From assembly GCA_027008775.1 (NCBI GenBank), contig JALVDV010000007.1, positions 5,797-69,796 of the forward strand: a stretch of DNA of 64,000 nt. Reading direction: 5' to 3'. The position numbers and the translations under genes were made by a program. Below the pieces are notes generated by a model, which worked only from the letters and a program-made list of their open reading frames with translations, made no database searches and was not told the DNA's origin. Positions 8,495 through 18,709 of this stretch are shown here, one piece after another. Each line of letters opens with the position of its first letter. The first letter of the stretch is position 1. Source of the stretch: Candidatus Moraniibacteriota bacterium. Lineage in GTDB: Bacteria; Patescibacteriota; Minisyncoccia; Moranbacterales; DUUL01.

Positions 8495-10282
8495 ATGTTG
8501 AAAAATAAATTAGAAAGTATTTTAATTGAATTTTTGCGAGAGAGTGGATTTTTGACGGCTGATATTCAGTCAGACTTGCTTAAACTAGAAATTCCTCCCA
8601 ATTTGGAGTGGGGTGATTTGTCTTTGCCTTGTTTTGGTTTGGCTAAGATTAAAAAGAAATCGCCGGTGGAAGTGGCTGAAGAGGTAGCTGTTTTGTTAAG
8701 GTCTGAAAAAGCGCAGAAAGACGGTTTGTCAGACAAGGTGATTGAAGTCAAGGCGATGGGTCCTTATGTTAATCTAAAATTAAAAAGCAAGTTTTCTTTT
8801 GGGGAAATTTACAATGATGTTTTTGCCAAAAAAACTGTTGCCGGGGCAACTCTTGCCGGGAAGAAGCGAGAGCAAGTAATGTTGGAATATCTTTCGCCGA
8901 ATACCAACAAGCCTTTACATTTGGGTCATTTGCGGAACGGAGTTCTGGGGATGAGTCTGGCCAATATTTTGGAGGCCAGGGGAGAAGATGTTTTAAAAAC
9001 AACCTTGATTAACGACAGAGGAGTTCATATTTGCAAGAGTATGTTGGCTTGGAAAAAGTTTGGAAACGGTGATACTCCAATCAGCACCGGGGTTAAAGGT
9101 GATCATTTTGTGGGTGATTACTATGTAAAATTTGCTCAAGAGGCGGAGGTTAATCCGGAGTTAGGGGAGGAGGCGCAACTGATGCTGAAAAAATGGGAAG
9201 AAGGCGACGAGAAAGTTAGGAAAATTTGGCAGAGAATGAATGATTGGGTTTGGGATGGTTTCAAAAAAACATTCAAGGTTTTCGGTTTTAAGTTTGATGT
9301 GATTTACAAAGAGTCGGAAACCTATCGTCTGGGTAAAGATATTGTTTTGGAGGGATTAAGAAAGGGGATTTTCCAGAAAGACGCCAAGGGAGCGGTAATT
9401 TTTGTTTTACCGCGGGAGTTCGGTTTAGATGAAAATGGTCAGAGGAAAAGAGTAACGCTTTTACGCGCTGATGGCACCAGTGTTTATCTGACGCAAGATT
9501 TGGGTACGGCTGTAAAGAGGATGAATGATTTTGTCTTGGATAAAATGATTTATGTGGTGGCCAGTGAGCAAAATTACCATTTTAAGGTTTTGTTTGCTGT
9601 TTTGAAAGCGCTGGGTTATACTTGGGCGAACAAGCTTTTTCATCTCTCTTATGAGATGGTCTATCTGCCAGAGGGTAAAATGAAATCTCGCGAGGGAAAG
9701 GTGGTTGACGCTGACGATTTGCTGGAAGAAGTTAAAAATTTGGCAAAGAAAGGTTTATTAGAGAGACATTCGGAAAAGAAATTATCGGAGAAAGAAGCGG
9801 AAAAAAGAAGTTTAAAGATTGCTTTGGCGGCAATTAAATTTTATTTGTTGAGAGTTAATCCTTCTCAGACGATTAATTTTAATCCGGAAGAGTCGCTTTC
9901 TTTTGAAGGCTTTACCGGACCTTATTGTCAGTATGCTTATGCTAGAGGGAGCAAGTTGTTGCGGGATGGAGGAGTTGATTTAAAGGAGAAATTAGAGACC
10001 GATTTTTCCCAATTGGGTAGTCGGTCGGAGAGAGCATTGCTAATGCTGATTGCCCGGCGAGAGGAGAAAATAAAAATGGCCGAGGAGGATTTTAATCCGG
10101 CTGTTTTGGCCAATTATGCTTTTGAGTTGGCCAAAGCTTTCAATCATTTTTATCATCAAGAGTCTATTCTGAAAGCGGAAACTGGTTTGAAAAAAGCGCG
10201 TCTGGCATTGGTGCAAACTTTCTTATTAACTTTGGAGGAAGTCTTGTCTTTACTGGGGATAGAAGTTTTGGCAGAAATGTAG
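8495..10282 (+). CDS. argS: Arginine--tRNA ligase
   Basis: SPNTNKPLHLGHLRN (HIGH), YVVASEQNYHF, KMKSREG, DALR-type C-terminus. Confidence 0.96.
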   Translation: MLKNKLESILIEFLRESGFLTADIQSDLLKLEIPPNLEWGDLSLPCFGLAKIKKKSPVEVAEEVAVLLRSEKAQKDGLSDKVIEVKAMGPYVNLKLKSKFSFGEIYNDVFAKKTVAGATLAGKKREQVMLEYLSPNTNKPLHLGHLRNGVLGMSLANILEARGEDVLKTTLINDRGVHICKSMLAWKKFGNGDTPISTGVKGDHFVGDYYVKFAQEAEVNPELGEEAQLMLKKWEEGDEKVRKIWQRMNDWVWDGFKKTFKVFGFKFDVIYKESETYRLGKDIVLEGLRKGIFQKDAKGAVIFVLPREFGLDENGQRKRVTLLRADGTSVYLTQDLGTAVKRMNDFVLDKMIYVVASEQNYHFKVLFAVLKALGYTWANKLFHLSYEMVYLPEGKMKSREGKVVDADDLLEEVKNLAKKGLLERHSEKKLSEKEAEKRSLKIALAAIKFYLLRVNPSQTINFNPEESLSFEGFTGPYCQYAYARGSKLLRDGGVDLKEKLETDFSQLGSRSERALLMLIARREEKIKMAEEDFNPAVLANYAFELAKAFNHFYHQESILKAETGLKKARLALVQTFLLTLEEVLSLLGIEVLAEM

Positions 10283-10286
10283 ATTG

Positions 10287-11417
10287 TTAGAAATTCTTAT
10301 TAAGGGTTGTTTGGAAGTCTTTTTCAGCTTTGATAAGGTCTTTGTTTTTAAATATGACTTTCAAACTATTGTTGCTTGGTTTAACCTGGTATTCTTCGGC
10401 GACGACTTCCAGAAGTCGTTGGTCTTTGAAATAGAACTGTCCGTGGGTATCATCTTTTTGGCTGTAGAATATTCCAAAGATTCTGGCGCGCGGGTAGTTT
10501 TTTCGTAATTCGCTCAGTATTTTGGGGATGTGTTTTTCTTCAGCTCTTGATTTTAAAAAGTCTTCCGTGGAGAGGAGCGTCCAGACAAATTTTTTGGAAT
10601 TATCCCAGTTTAGCCTGGCCATGGCGCGACCCCACAATTTTAGAAAAGAAAGGGGTTTGGTGCGATAAAGTTTTCTAATAATTTCTTTTTGGTTGGCTCC
10701 CAATTTGATTAATTTGGCGGCGGTGAGAAGGGTTTGGGGGGTGGTGGTGGCTTTTTGAAAACTGTCCGTAGCGTTGATGATGCCTGTTAGTAATAATTGC
10801 GCCGTATCTTTGTTTAGACTGTCCGGATAAAGTTTTTCTAAGAGATTTGTTATCATTTCTCCCACCGATGGAGAAGTGAGATCCACAATGTTTACCTGAG
10901 CATAATCTTCATTGTCGCTATTGTTGTTGATGTTTATTTTCGGCACTTCAAAAAATAAGTCGGTGTTTTTTTGGTAAATTTCTCCGAGCGATTCAAGTTG
11001 AGGGGCGCCGATGATAACAATGAGGTCGTACTTAAAGTCAGCCGGTGCCAGAGAGAAGTCACGAGGATCTATGGCGCCTTTTTCCGGAGTGACTCTAATG
11101 ATTACTTCATCATCTTTCTCTTCCGTTTTGATATTTATGATTTTGTTGTGTTGAGTGTTAAAGATTAAAAGGAAGTCACGACTACCATCCAGGGAATCAA
11201 TAAATATTTCATCTCCCGGTTGTTTCAGAAAAGATAGTTCCTGGCGTTGTTCCAGATTATTGTTTATTATTTTAACTTCTTTGTTGTTTGTTTTTAAAGC
11301 TTGTTCCAAAGCAAAAGTGGCGGTGAGGTGGTCAAGGTTTGGCTGAGGTGGGGTAACCAGTAAAATCTGTGATGATTTATCTACTAAATTTTTAAATTCT
11401 TTGTATTGTTTTTCCAT
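10287..11417 (-). CDS. DHH/NrnA-like phosphoesterase homologue with degenerate catalytic motifs
   Basis: DHH-family layout (ILLV..PNLD, YDLIVII, ININNNSDN, AQLLLTGII..TDSF, LWGRAMARL), but DHH is replaced by NNN. Confidence 0.65.
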   Translation of the reverse strand: MEKQYKEFKNLVDKSSQILLVTPPQPNLDHLTATFALEQALKTNNKEVKIINNNLEQRQELSFLKQPGDEIFIDSLDGSRDFLLIFNTQHNKIINIKTEEKDDEVIIRVTPEKGAIDPRDFSLAPADFKYDLIVIIGAPQLESLGEIYQKNTDLFFEVPKININNNSDNEDYAQVNIVDLTSPSVGEMITNLLEKLYPDSLNKDTAQLLLTGIINATDSFQKATTTPQTLLTAAKLIKLGANQKEIIRKLYRTKPLSFLKLWGRAMARLNWDNSKKFVWTLLSTEDFLKSRAEEKHIPKILSELRKNYPRARIFGIFYSQKDDTHGQFYFKDQRLLEVVAEEYQVKPSNNSLKVIFKNKDLIKAEKDFQTTLNKNF

Positions 11418-11797
11418 TTTTTATGTGGAGAAAATTTTTATTTTTGGTTTGCTATTATAACAGATTAAGAAAAGAAAACAAATTTTTTGTATTAGATGAC
11501 CACTTCTTGGACACTTTAGCACACCTTGAGGCAAATCTTACAAATGACAGATGGCGAATAATTTGGGTGGAGACAATTGATAAAGATTGTGGATAAATTT
11601 GGGTTTGCTTAATTGGTCTGGTTGTAAATTTAAATTGTGATTGAAAGATTCAGTATCCGTTGTTAACTGTCAGCATCAAAAGGGTGAAGAGGACTGAGAA
11701 GATAGAAAGAATCAGGAAAATAGAAGGGGTTAAAAAGTTGGGAATAATGTTTTTTATTTTCTTAATTTTTTAAACTTCATTTTTTCACGGTCGTTTC

Positions 11798-11883
11798 TAT
11801 TATGATATTATCAATAATATCATAATATTTGTTTGTGTTGTTGTTGGGAGTTGTATTATGATATTATCAATAATATCATAATA
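11798..11883. repeat. Pair of 30-bp palindromes (locus 1)
   Basis: tattatgatattatcaataatatcataata at 11798-11827 and 11854-11883, with a 26-nt GT-rich spacer. Confidence 0.95.
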
Positions 11884-12225
11884 CTTGTTTAGGGAGGGTA
11901 TTTTTACTGATAATGCTTGTTGGTTAAAATGAGAAGGGGTTCTGTTGTTTGACTGGGGTGTGACATTGTTGGGGGCACTTCTTGATTTTGCTTTTGGGGA
12001 AGAACTAAATTTTTTTGTTACAGTTTGTTGAGCCTGTTGGACAGAATGTTTTTTGCCGACCGGATGTTGAATGGTGTCTTGTTTGTTTTTGTTGTTAGTT
12101 AAAGATAGAGAAGAACAATAAGATAGGGACACTTCGTTTTTTTGTGATTTGATTCACGCCTGGACAAAGAAAAAGAGTTAGTGGGGAAATAAAATAACGA
12201 GTCTTAGAGCGTGTGAAAATATTAA

Positions 12226-12568
12226 GAGTATAAGTTTAGAAAAATTGTGAGATGTTTCACTCTTACTTTGGAGGCAAAAAAGACTACGGAAATTGTTGAG
12301 TTGAATAGAAAAACGGCACAAAACTGTTACAACAAAATTCGTAGAGTGGTAGCAAATCTCAGAAAAGATAGAATTGCCTGAAAGTTGCTTTGGTGGAAAA
12401 AGAAAGAGTAAAGACAATAGAGAAGTAAATGCTGTAGAGGGGATATCTGTTTTGGGGTTAAAAAGAAGAATAGAGAAATTGTATACATAAATTACAAAAG
12501 ACGCCTCAAGAGAAAAGTCTTGGGAATAGTCTAAGATGCGACTGGCAAAGTTTTGCGGATTGAATTAA
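12226..12568 (+). pseudogene. Decayed IS1595-family (IS1016-like) transposase
   Basis: Broken frames read EYKFRKIVRCFTLTLEAKKTTEIVELNRKT..YNKIRR, IELPESCFGGKRK and W-*-SKMRLAKFCGL; frameshifts, stops and an internal deletion. Confidence 0.7.
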
Positions 12569-12703
12569 AGGGGTGGGACGGAATCTTGTTGAAAGTTAGC
12601 ATACCTGGTATTTCTTTGTTAAAAGGATGGTGTTTTGAGGTGCGCTCGGGATATGAGATAAAAAATTGTAGCGTCGTTGAAATAAAAAAGTGAAGATTGT
12701 TTT

Positions 12704-13456
12704 CTAGTGTTGTCTGCCCAAAACGATGGCAGAAATACTTTTCGGTTGGAGCTTTTTAACTTCTCGGGCCAAAGTGAAGAGAGTGGCGCCGGTGGTGCTG
12801 ACATCATCCACCAACAAAACATGTAGGTTGTTTAGATTTTTTTGAGAGGAGCGATTGATTTGTTGCCAGTCAAAGTCTTTGTTTATCTGAAAGGAATGGC
12901 GGACATTTTCTTGTCTTTGTCGGTATTTTTTAATTTTTCGTTGAGGAGTGGTGTAGCGTTTTTTGTTAACCAAATTTTTAACCAAAGGGATTTCCAGACT
13001 CGGCAATAGTTGGGAAGCGATTTCTTGGGCTAATAGTTCCGATTGATTGAAGCCTCGCCAGCGGAGACGATAAGGGTGTAGAGGGACCGGTATGATAAGG
13101 TCGGGAATTGGCAGAGAGCTTTTCCTTAGTTTTTCTATCATTATTTGTGATAAGGGGGCGGCCAGTTTTTTGACAAATTTGTATTTCAAATAATGAATGG
13201 CCGTAGCCAATAATTTGTCTTTATAATCGGCGACCACCAACAATCGGTCCAAGGAGACATTGGTTTGTTGGCGACAGGAGCGACAGATTTCCCCGTTTTT
13301 GGTAACGGATTTTTCACAGAGCGGGCAGACTTGCCAAGAAAGTTGCCGGATGCTTTTCAGGCATTCCGGACAGAGGATTTGATTTTCTTTTTGACAACCG
13401 AGACATTGTTGCGGAAAGAGAAGTTGCCGAATGATTTTTTTCAGAAAAGAAAGCAT
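12704..13456 (-). CDS. comF: ComF-family competence protein (double zinc ribbon + PRTase)
   Basis: Four CxxC pairs, PVPLH..R..RGFNQ, LLVDDVSTTGATL. Confidence 0.92.
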   Translation of the reverse strand: MLSFLKKIIRQLLFPQQCLGCQKENQILCPECLKSIRQLSWQVCPLCEKSVTKNGEICRSCRQQTNVSLDRLLVVADYKDKLLATAIHYLKYKFVKKLAAPLSQIMIEKLRKSSLPIPDLIIPVPLHPYRLRWRGFNQSELLAQEIASQLLPSLEIPLVKNLVNKKRYTTPQRKIKKYRQRQENVRHSFQINKDFDWQQINRSSQKNLNNLHVLLVDDVSTTGATLFTLAREVKKLQPKSISAIVLGRQH

Positions 13457-13490
13457 AATTTAGAGAATTCTTGGGCGAGAGCAGTCTGCT

Positions 13491-15917
13491 CTATTGAACC
13501 ATAATTTTTCTCTTTTGCGCCAGAAGTTTAAATTTTTTTGGTGACTTGGGGGAGGCGGTTTGTTTAAGAATGAGTTGAGCAACAACCGGTTCAACCAAGT
13601 TCTGAATATTTTGTCTGACCAGACGAGCGCCTTGTTGAGAAAGATGACTTTTTTGTTTTAAGAGTTCAATTACACTCTTGTCTATTTCCAGTTGAATTTT
13701 CTTCTGGACCAGTTTTTGTTTTAGCTCGTTTAATTCTCGTTTGATAATAGTGGAAAGCTCGCGGTTGTTGAGTTGGTTGAAGACTAAAATGTTGTCTAAG
13801 CGATTGATTAACTCGGGACGCAGTTGCTTTTCCAGTTCTTTGAAAATATCTTTTTCCAGATTTTTAGCAGATATTTTTTGCGAAGGTTGTTTGGCGAAGC
13901 CGAGAGAAAGTTGTTTGCTGAATTTTTCGCTGCCAATGTTGGAGGTTAGGATAATCAGTGAATTTTTCAAATTGAGTTTTTTATTTTTGGCGTCAACCAG
14001 TTCTCCCTCTTCCAAAATTTGTAAGAGGATGTTAAGAATCTGAGGATTAGCTTTTTCTATTTCATCAAAGAGAACGACGCTAAAAGGATTTTTTAAGAGC
14101 TTGTTGCTAAATTCGCCTCCTTCTTCGTAGCCAATGTAGCCGGCGGGCGCTCCTAGAAGTCGGGAAAGACTGTGTTTTTCGGTAAATTCGCTCATATTTA
14201 TTTGGATCAAAGAAGGTTGTTCATTGGGAGAAATGGCTTCGGCCAATAGTTTGGCTGTCATTGTTTTGCCAACACCGCTGGGTCCGATAAACAGGAAAGA
14301 GCCCAGTGGTCGGTTCTCTTTGCTGAGACCGGCCAAACGTCTGGCAATGGTTTCATTTATTTTTTTCTTGACGTGGGTTTGTCCAACCAATTTACGATTG
14401 AGATTTTGGGAGATTTTGCTGGCCAGAGCGGAATTGTGGTTATTGAGGACATCCAAAGAAATTCCGGAAATGGCCGACAAAGTCGTGAGAACATCGTCAC
14501 GGGTAACCTTGCTTTTTTTATTTTTCAAATCTTTTTGTAAAATTCTTTCCTCATTTTGTAATTCCTTCAGGAGGGCCACCTCTCTTTTTTTAATAGCCAA
14601 GGCTTCGCGGTATTTGTTTTGCAGGATAAGTTTTTCTTTCAACTGATTGAGCTGTTGCAATTGCTGTTTTTTGTTGAAATATTTTCGTGATTTCTCCGTA
14701 TCGGCTTGTTGGCTCTTGCGACGGGCGGCGCTTTCATCCAATAGGTCAATGGCGCTGTCGGGCAGGAAGCGATTGGTAATGTATCTCTTAGCCAGTCGGG
14801 GAATTTCTTTTAAGGCCGAGTCTGCAAAAGAGACATTATGAAAAGTTTCATAGTGTTTTTTAAGTCCGCGGATTATATTCTCTGTTTCAGACAGGCTGGC
14901 TTCCTGAATGATAATCGGCTGCATTCGTCGCTCCAGAGCGGAATCTTTTTCAATGTGTTTTTTGTATTCGTCAATGGTGGTGGCGCCGATGATTTGAATT
15001 TCACCCCTGGCCATAGCCGGCTTGAGAATGTTGGCGGCATCCATCCCGCCGGTGGCATTGCCGGCTCCCACCAAAGTATGCACTTCGTCAATGAAAAGAA
15101 TTATATTTCCTTGTCTTTTGACGGTGGCGATGACTTCTTTTAAGCGAGCTTCAAACTCTCCGCGGAAAGTTGTGCCGGCAATCAATTGGCTTAAGTCTAG
15201 AAGCATAATTTGTTTGTTCATCAGATATTCCGGGACTTCCAATTGATTGATTTTTTGGGCCAGACCTTCAACAATGGCTGTTTTACCTACGCCGGGATCG
15301 CCGATTAAAATGGGATTGTTTTTGGTTTTGCGTCCCAAAATTTGAATAAGCCGATTGATTTCTTTCTCTTTGCCGATCAGAATTTGTTTGCGAGGGTCTA
15401 TCTTATTGAGATTGGTGCAATAAACGTTCAGAATGTTGTTAGCTTCCGGTGTTGCTTGGGGTAGTCTGCCGGGGAACAAATCACGGAGCAATTTTTCAAC
15501 TTCTTCATCCATTTCTTCAGCGGCAAAATCTTTGGGCGGTCTGCCGAGGGCGTGGAGAAGGCCTATTTTCTTGCCGTTTTCCAAAAAATTGCTTCCGTTT
15601 TGCGGTTCCAGGTAATTGATAAATACTTGGAGAAGGTGCTCGGTGCCTACCAATGGATTTCCGTTCAGGTAGGCCATGCGGGTGGCTTGAAAAATCAAAT
15701 CGCCGGCGCTCAGGTTGCTTTTTTTTAAGGCATTGATAATAAACTCTTTGGTTTTGATGTCTAAGGAGTCAAAAATGCTTTTGCCGTAGCAACCGCTTTT
15801 CTTTAAAATATTCTCAATGATGTATCTGGCTTTGATGTTGACTAATTTTTGTCCGGGAAAGGTTTTCTCGGTCAGTTTGATAATTTCTTTGGCGTTGTTG
15901 GTAAAATACTTGTACAT
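13491..15917 (-). CDS. clpC: ClpC-like ATP-dependent Clp protease ATPase subunit
   Basis: Clp-N (VGTEHLL), AAA1 [14 protein letters not shown], middle coiled coil, AAA2 [15 protein letters not shown]. Confidence 0.9.
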   Translation of the reverse strand: MYKYFTNNAKEIIKLTEKTFPGQKLVNIKARYIIENILKKSGCYGKSIFDSLDIKTKEFIINALKKSNLSAGDLIFQATRMAYLNGNPLVGTEHLLQVFINYLEPQNGSNFLENGKKIGLLHALGRPPKDFAAEEMDEEVEKLLRDLFPGRLPQATPEANNILNVYCTNLNKIDPRKQILIGKEKEINRLIQILGRKTKNNPILIGDPGVGKTAIVEGLAQKINQLEVPEYLMNKQIMLLDLSQLIAGTTFRGEFEARLKEVIATVKRQGNIILFIDEVHTLVGAGNATGGMDAANILKPAMARGEIQIIGATTIDEYKKHIEKDSALERRMQPIIIQEASLSETENIIRGLKKHYETFHNVSFADSALKEIPRLAKRYITNRFLPDSAIDLLDESAARRKSQQADTEKSRKYFNKKQQLQQLNQLKEKLILQNKYREALAIKKREVALLKELQNEERILQKDLKNKKSKVTRDDVLTTLSAISGISLDVLNNHNSALASKISQNLNRKLVGQTHVKKKINETIARRLAGLSKENRPLGSFLFIGPSGVGKTMTAKLLAEAISPNEQPSLIQINMSEFTEKHSLSRLLGAPAGYIGYEEGGEFSNKLLKNPFSVVLFDEIEKANPQILNILLQILEEGELVDAKNKKLNLKNSLIILTSNIGSEKFSKQLSLGFAKQPSQKISAKNLEKDIFKELEKQLRPELINRLDNILVFNQLNNRELSTIIKRELNELKQKLVQKKIQLEIDKSVIELLKQKSHLSQQGARLVRQNIQNLVEPVVAQLILKQTASPKSPKKFKLLAQKRKIMVQ

Positions 15918-15928
15918 TTTTTTTATTA

Positions 15929-15993
15929 TGTTATAATTCTGGTGAGTAGTTGAAATTCAGCGTTTTTTATTTTTCTGTTGCCTGATTTTATCA
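15929..15993. promoter_or_regulatory. Candidate opposing extended -10 boxes for the divergent clpC and pil genes
   Basis: TGtTATAAT on + at 15929-15937; TGaTAAAAT on - near 15984-15992. Confidence 0.45.
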
Positions 15994-16038
15994 CAAAAAA
16001 CGCCTTTTATCAATAGTAAAAAGAAAAAGAAAATTACA

Positions 16039-17172
16039 ATGAGTAGCAAGTTACTAGGGAGTTTGCTGGGTGGTATTTCCGAGGTTTTTGATAAAGACGA
16101 CACAGCTGTCGGAGTTGATGTTGGGAGTAACAGTATTAAGGTGGTTTCGCTTAAAAGAAAGGGGGAAAAGATTGTTTTGGATAATTATGCGGTAGTGAGA
16201 AGCGAAGATAAACTTTTGAATTTAGCCAATCCGGGAGTTATCAATGATTTGGCGGGGGTTGTTGCCAAACAAGCTTTGGAAGCGGCCGGTATAAAAGAAA
16301 AAAAGGTGAATGTGGCCACTCCGAGCTTTACTTCTTTGGTGGTAACCATTGAAGTTCCCAAGATGCCCGAGGAGCAATTTGAGGAAGCGGTTCGCAAGGA
16401 AGTTTCCAAATATATTCCGGTGAGCATTGAAGACGTGGTTTATGATTGGCAGGTAATCAATGAAGATGTTTTGCAAAGTAATGAGAAGGCTATTACGCCG
16501 GAGGAACGACAGAAGCTTCAAAATCAGTCCAATTCGGTAAAGATTTTGGTGATCGCTATTATAAAAGAAATAAGCGCTAGGTATAATAAGGTTTTTAGAG
16601 ATAATGGTTTGGAGTTGAACCTGTTGGAGATAGACTCTATTTCTTTGGCCAGGGCTCTGGCCGGGCCGGAAGGGGAGATTTCTTTGATTTTGGACATTGG
16701 ACATGAAACCTGCAATGTGATCATTTCTTCTCGGGAAGGGTTGTTGTTGAATAGAACGATAGATGTTGGAGGAGACACTATAACCAGAAAAATTGCCGAA
16801 ACTTTGGGAGTTGATTTTGCGGAGGCGGAGCGTTTAAAAATAGAAAAGGGATTGCACCTGGTGGATTCGAAAAGTGGAAAAAATATTTCTCTGGAGCCGG
16901 TGATTAAAATAGTGGATGAGCTAAAAAGGACACTCAAGATTTTTGAGGAAGATTTTCAGAGGTTAAAAGTGAAGGAAGTCTATTTAACCGGGGGTTCGGC
17001 GGCAATGATTGGTTTGAAAGATTTTTTGGAAAAAGAGCTGAATTTGCCGGTTTTGGTAGCCAACCCTTTGCGAGGAATCGCTTTTGCGCCGGAAGTAGAA
17101 GAGGCTTTATTGAAGCATGCTCCGCTGTTGACCATTGCTATCGGATTGGCTTTGGCCAATTTTGAAAAATAA
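16039..17172 (+). CDS. pilM: Type IV pilus assembly protein PilM
   Basis: VGVDVGSNSIKVV, YIPVSIEDVVYDW, LDIGHE, LTGGSA actin-like motifs. Confidence 0.93.
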   Translation: MSSKLLGSLLGGISEVFDKDDTAVGVDVGSNSIKVVSLKRKGEKIVLDNYAVVRSEDKLLNLANPGVINDLAGVVAKQALEAAGIKEKKVNVATPSFTSLVVTIEVPKMPEEQFEEAVRKEVSKYIPVSIEDVVYDWQVINEDVLQSNEKAITPEERQKLQNQSNSVKILVIAIIKEISARYNKVFRDNGLELNLLEIDSISLARALAGPEGEISLILDIGHETCNVIISSREGLLLNRTIDVGGDTITRKIAETLGVDFAEAERLKIEKGLHLVDSKSGKNISLEPVIKIVDELKRTLKIFEEDFQRLKVKEVYLTGGSAAMIGLKDFLEKELNLPVLVANPLRGIAFAPEVEEALLKHAPLLTIAIGLALANFEK

Positions 17173-17255
17173 GGAACAAAAATAAAATAAAAATAAAAAG
17201 TAAATTAAATTTTTTTGGTCTGAATTTTTAGGCCGAGAAAATTGTTGAAAAAACA

Positions 17256-17837
17256 GTGAAGAAGATAAATTTGAAAGCCGGGGAGATAAAGGGTGACTCC
17301 TCCTCAATCTCGGGAGGTGGTTTTGGCGCCATCCTTTCCGCAGTTTTTGTTTTGGTTTTGACGGCCGGTTTATACGGAGCGTCCTACTACCTCTTGAAAC
17401 GAGAGCAGGGTAAAAAGCGGCATCTGGAGACGGAGATTGTTAATATCAAAAATAGTTTAGATAGAAATCAGGAGTTTCAAAAACTGTATGCTTTTCAAGA
17501 AAGACTTTTTAATTTGTCTGAAATTTTTAATGTCAAAATTGGGCAGGCTGAATTTCTTTCTCGTCTTTCGGCCAAAACTTTGGATAGAAATACTGTTAAG
17601 GATTTAAATATTGACTTCAAAGAAGGAAGCAGAAAGATTGTGTTGACGGAAGTTGTGCCCGATCTGTCAAGTTTGGCTGAGCAAATTGCGGCTTATAACT
17701 CCCTTGACAAGGAAGGGCAGGCTTCTTTGACTGATATGAAATTGCAAGGTGATGCTTTGGAGTCCACCATTTCTTTTAATTTAAAAGAGAAGGAGAAACA
17801 GACCGGAAAAACCGGTGATTCTTCCGCGGGGAAGTAG
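17256..17837 (+). CDS. pilN: PilN-like protein
   Basis: N-terminal INL PilM-binding motif, one TM, coiled coil; directly after pilM. Confidence 0.7.
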   Translation: MKKINLKAGEIKGDSSSISGGGFGAILSAVFVLVLTAGLYGASYYLLKREQGKKRHLETEIVNIKNSLDRNQEFQKLYAFQERLFNLSEIFNVKIGQAEFLSRLSAKTLDRNTVKDLNIDFKEGSRKIVLTEVVPDLSSLAEQIAAYNSLDKEGQASLTDMKLQGDALESTISFNLKEKEKQTGKTGDSSAGK

Positions 17838-17878
17838 TTTATTGTTTTATTGTTAATAATAATTTATTCAATAACTAG

Positions 17879-18700
17879 ATGAACATTAGGCTTTTATTTT
17901 TACCTCTCTCCATTGTTGTTTTTTTGTGGGTGACAATTGGTTTTACTAAAAGCAATTGGGATCAGTACCGGCAGACGAAGAAAGAGGTGAAAGAATTGAC
18001 CGTTTCCAGAGATAAATTGGCTCGGGGTGTGAGTAAAATTAGAAAGGCTTTGGCTGATTACAAGGCTTTGGACGAAGAAACTCTTCTTTATGTTAACAAT
18101 GCTTTGCCGGAGAAGAAGAAGGCGGAGGATTTGGTGGCGGAATTAAATAAGAATGCCAGTCAGGGAGGGGTTTTGTTGACCAAGGTTACTGTGGCTCAAA
18201 ACAGACAGAGGCGCAGAACAAATTGTTCGCGAAAAAGCGGGACTGCCAGCGCTAAGAGTGGGGCCAGGCCAAATTGTGTGGCTCAGCCCGACAGTTTACA
18301 AGTGAGATTGACTTTATTTTCTTCTTATTTGTCCGCTAAGAATTTTTTGGCCAAACTGGATAAGGAGAATAGGGTTATTTTGCCGGTAGCTTTGCGAATA
18401 TCTAAGAATACAAACAAACAACAGGCTGAGGAAAACAAGGATAAATTGGGAGAGGGTGGTACCGGAGAGGATTTGGTGAGTACCGATTTGCGTTTCAATA
18501 TTTTTTACAAAAAACCGAGAAGCGAGAATTTGAGATTTTCTCAAATGTTGGGCAAGGATAAAGTTTTGGACAGTTTGTTGAGTAAGGGCTTGGCCAAGGA
18601 TACTATTGATAAATTAAAAGAAGTTGTTGGCGGACAACTTTTCCGGCCGGTGGAAGTTGGAAATACCGGAAAAGAAGATTTGTTTAAAAAGAATTCGTAA
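17879..18700 (+). CDS. pilO: PilO-like protein
   Basis: TM, coiled coil, ALP..., SYLSAKNFLAKLDKENR; position in pilMNO. Confidence 0.7.
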   Translation: MNIRLLFLPLSIVVFLWVTIGFTKSNWDQYRQTKKEVKELTVSRDKLARGVSKIRKALADYKALDEETLLYVNNALPEKKKAEDLVAELNKNASQGGVLLTKVTVAQNRQRRRTNCSRKSGTASAKSGARPNCVAQPDSLQVRLTLFSSYLSAKNFLAKLDKENRVILPVALRISKNTNKQQAEENKDKLGEGGTGEDLVSTDLRFNIFYKKPRSENLRFSQMLGKDKVLDSLLSKGLAKDTIDKLKEVVGGQLFRPVEVGNTGKEDLFKKNS

Positions 18701-18709
18701 AATATTGAC

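Noticed and set aside
11588-11596. Perfect DnaA box (TGTGGATAA) in an AT-rich gap as oriC
   Set aside because: Single box, no dnaA/dnaN nearby, and the G-rich + strand skew does not switch
11798-11883. Palindrome pairs as CRISPR mini-arrays
   Set aside because: Only two repeats per locus, spacers are short and resemble each other, one repeat is inverted, and there are no cas genes in the window
11800-12132. 110-aa minus-strand ORF
   Set aside because: GTG start, low-complexity composition, and its end merely translates the palindromes; no recognisable domain
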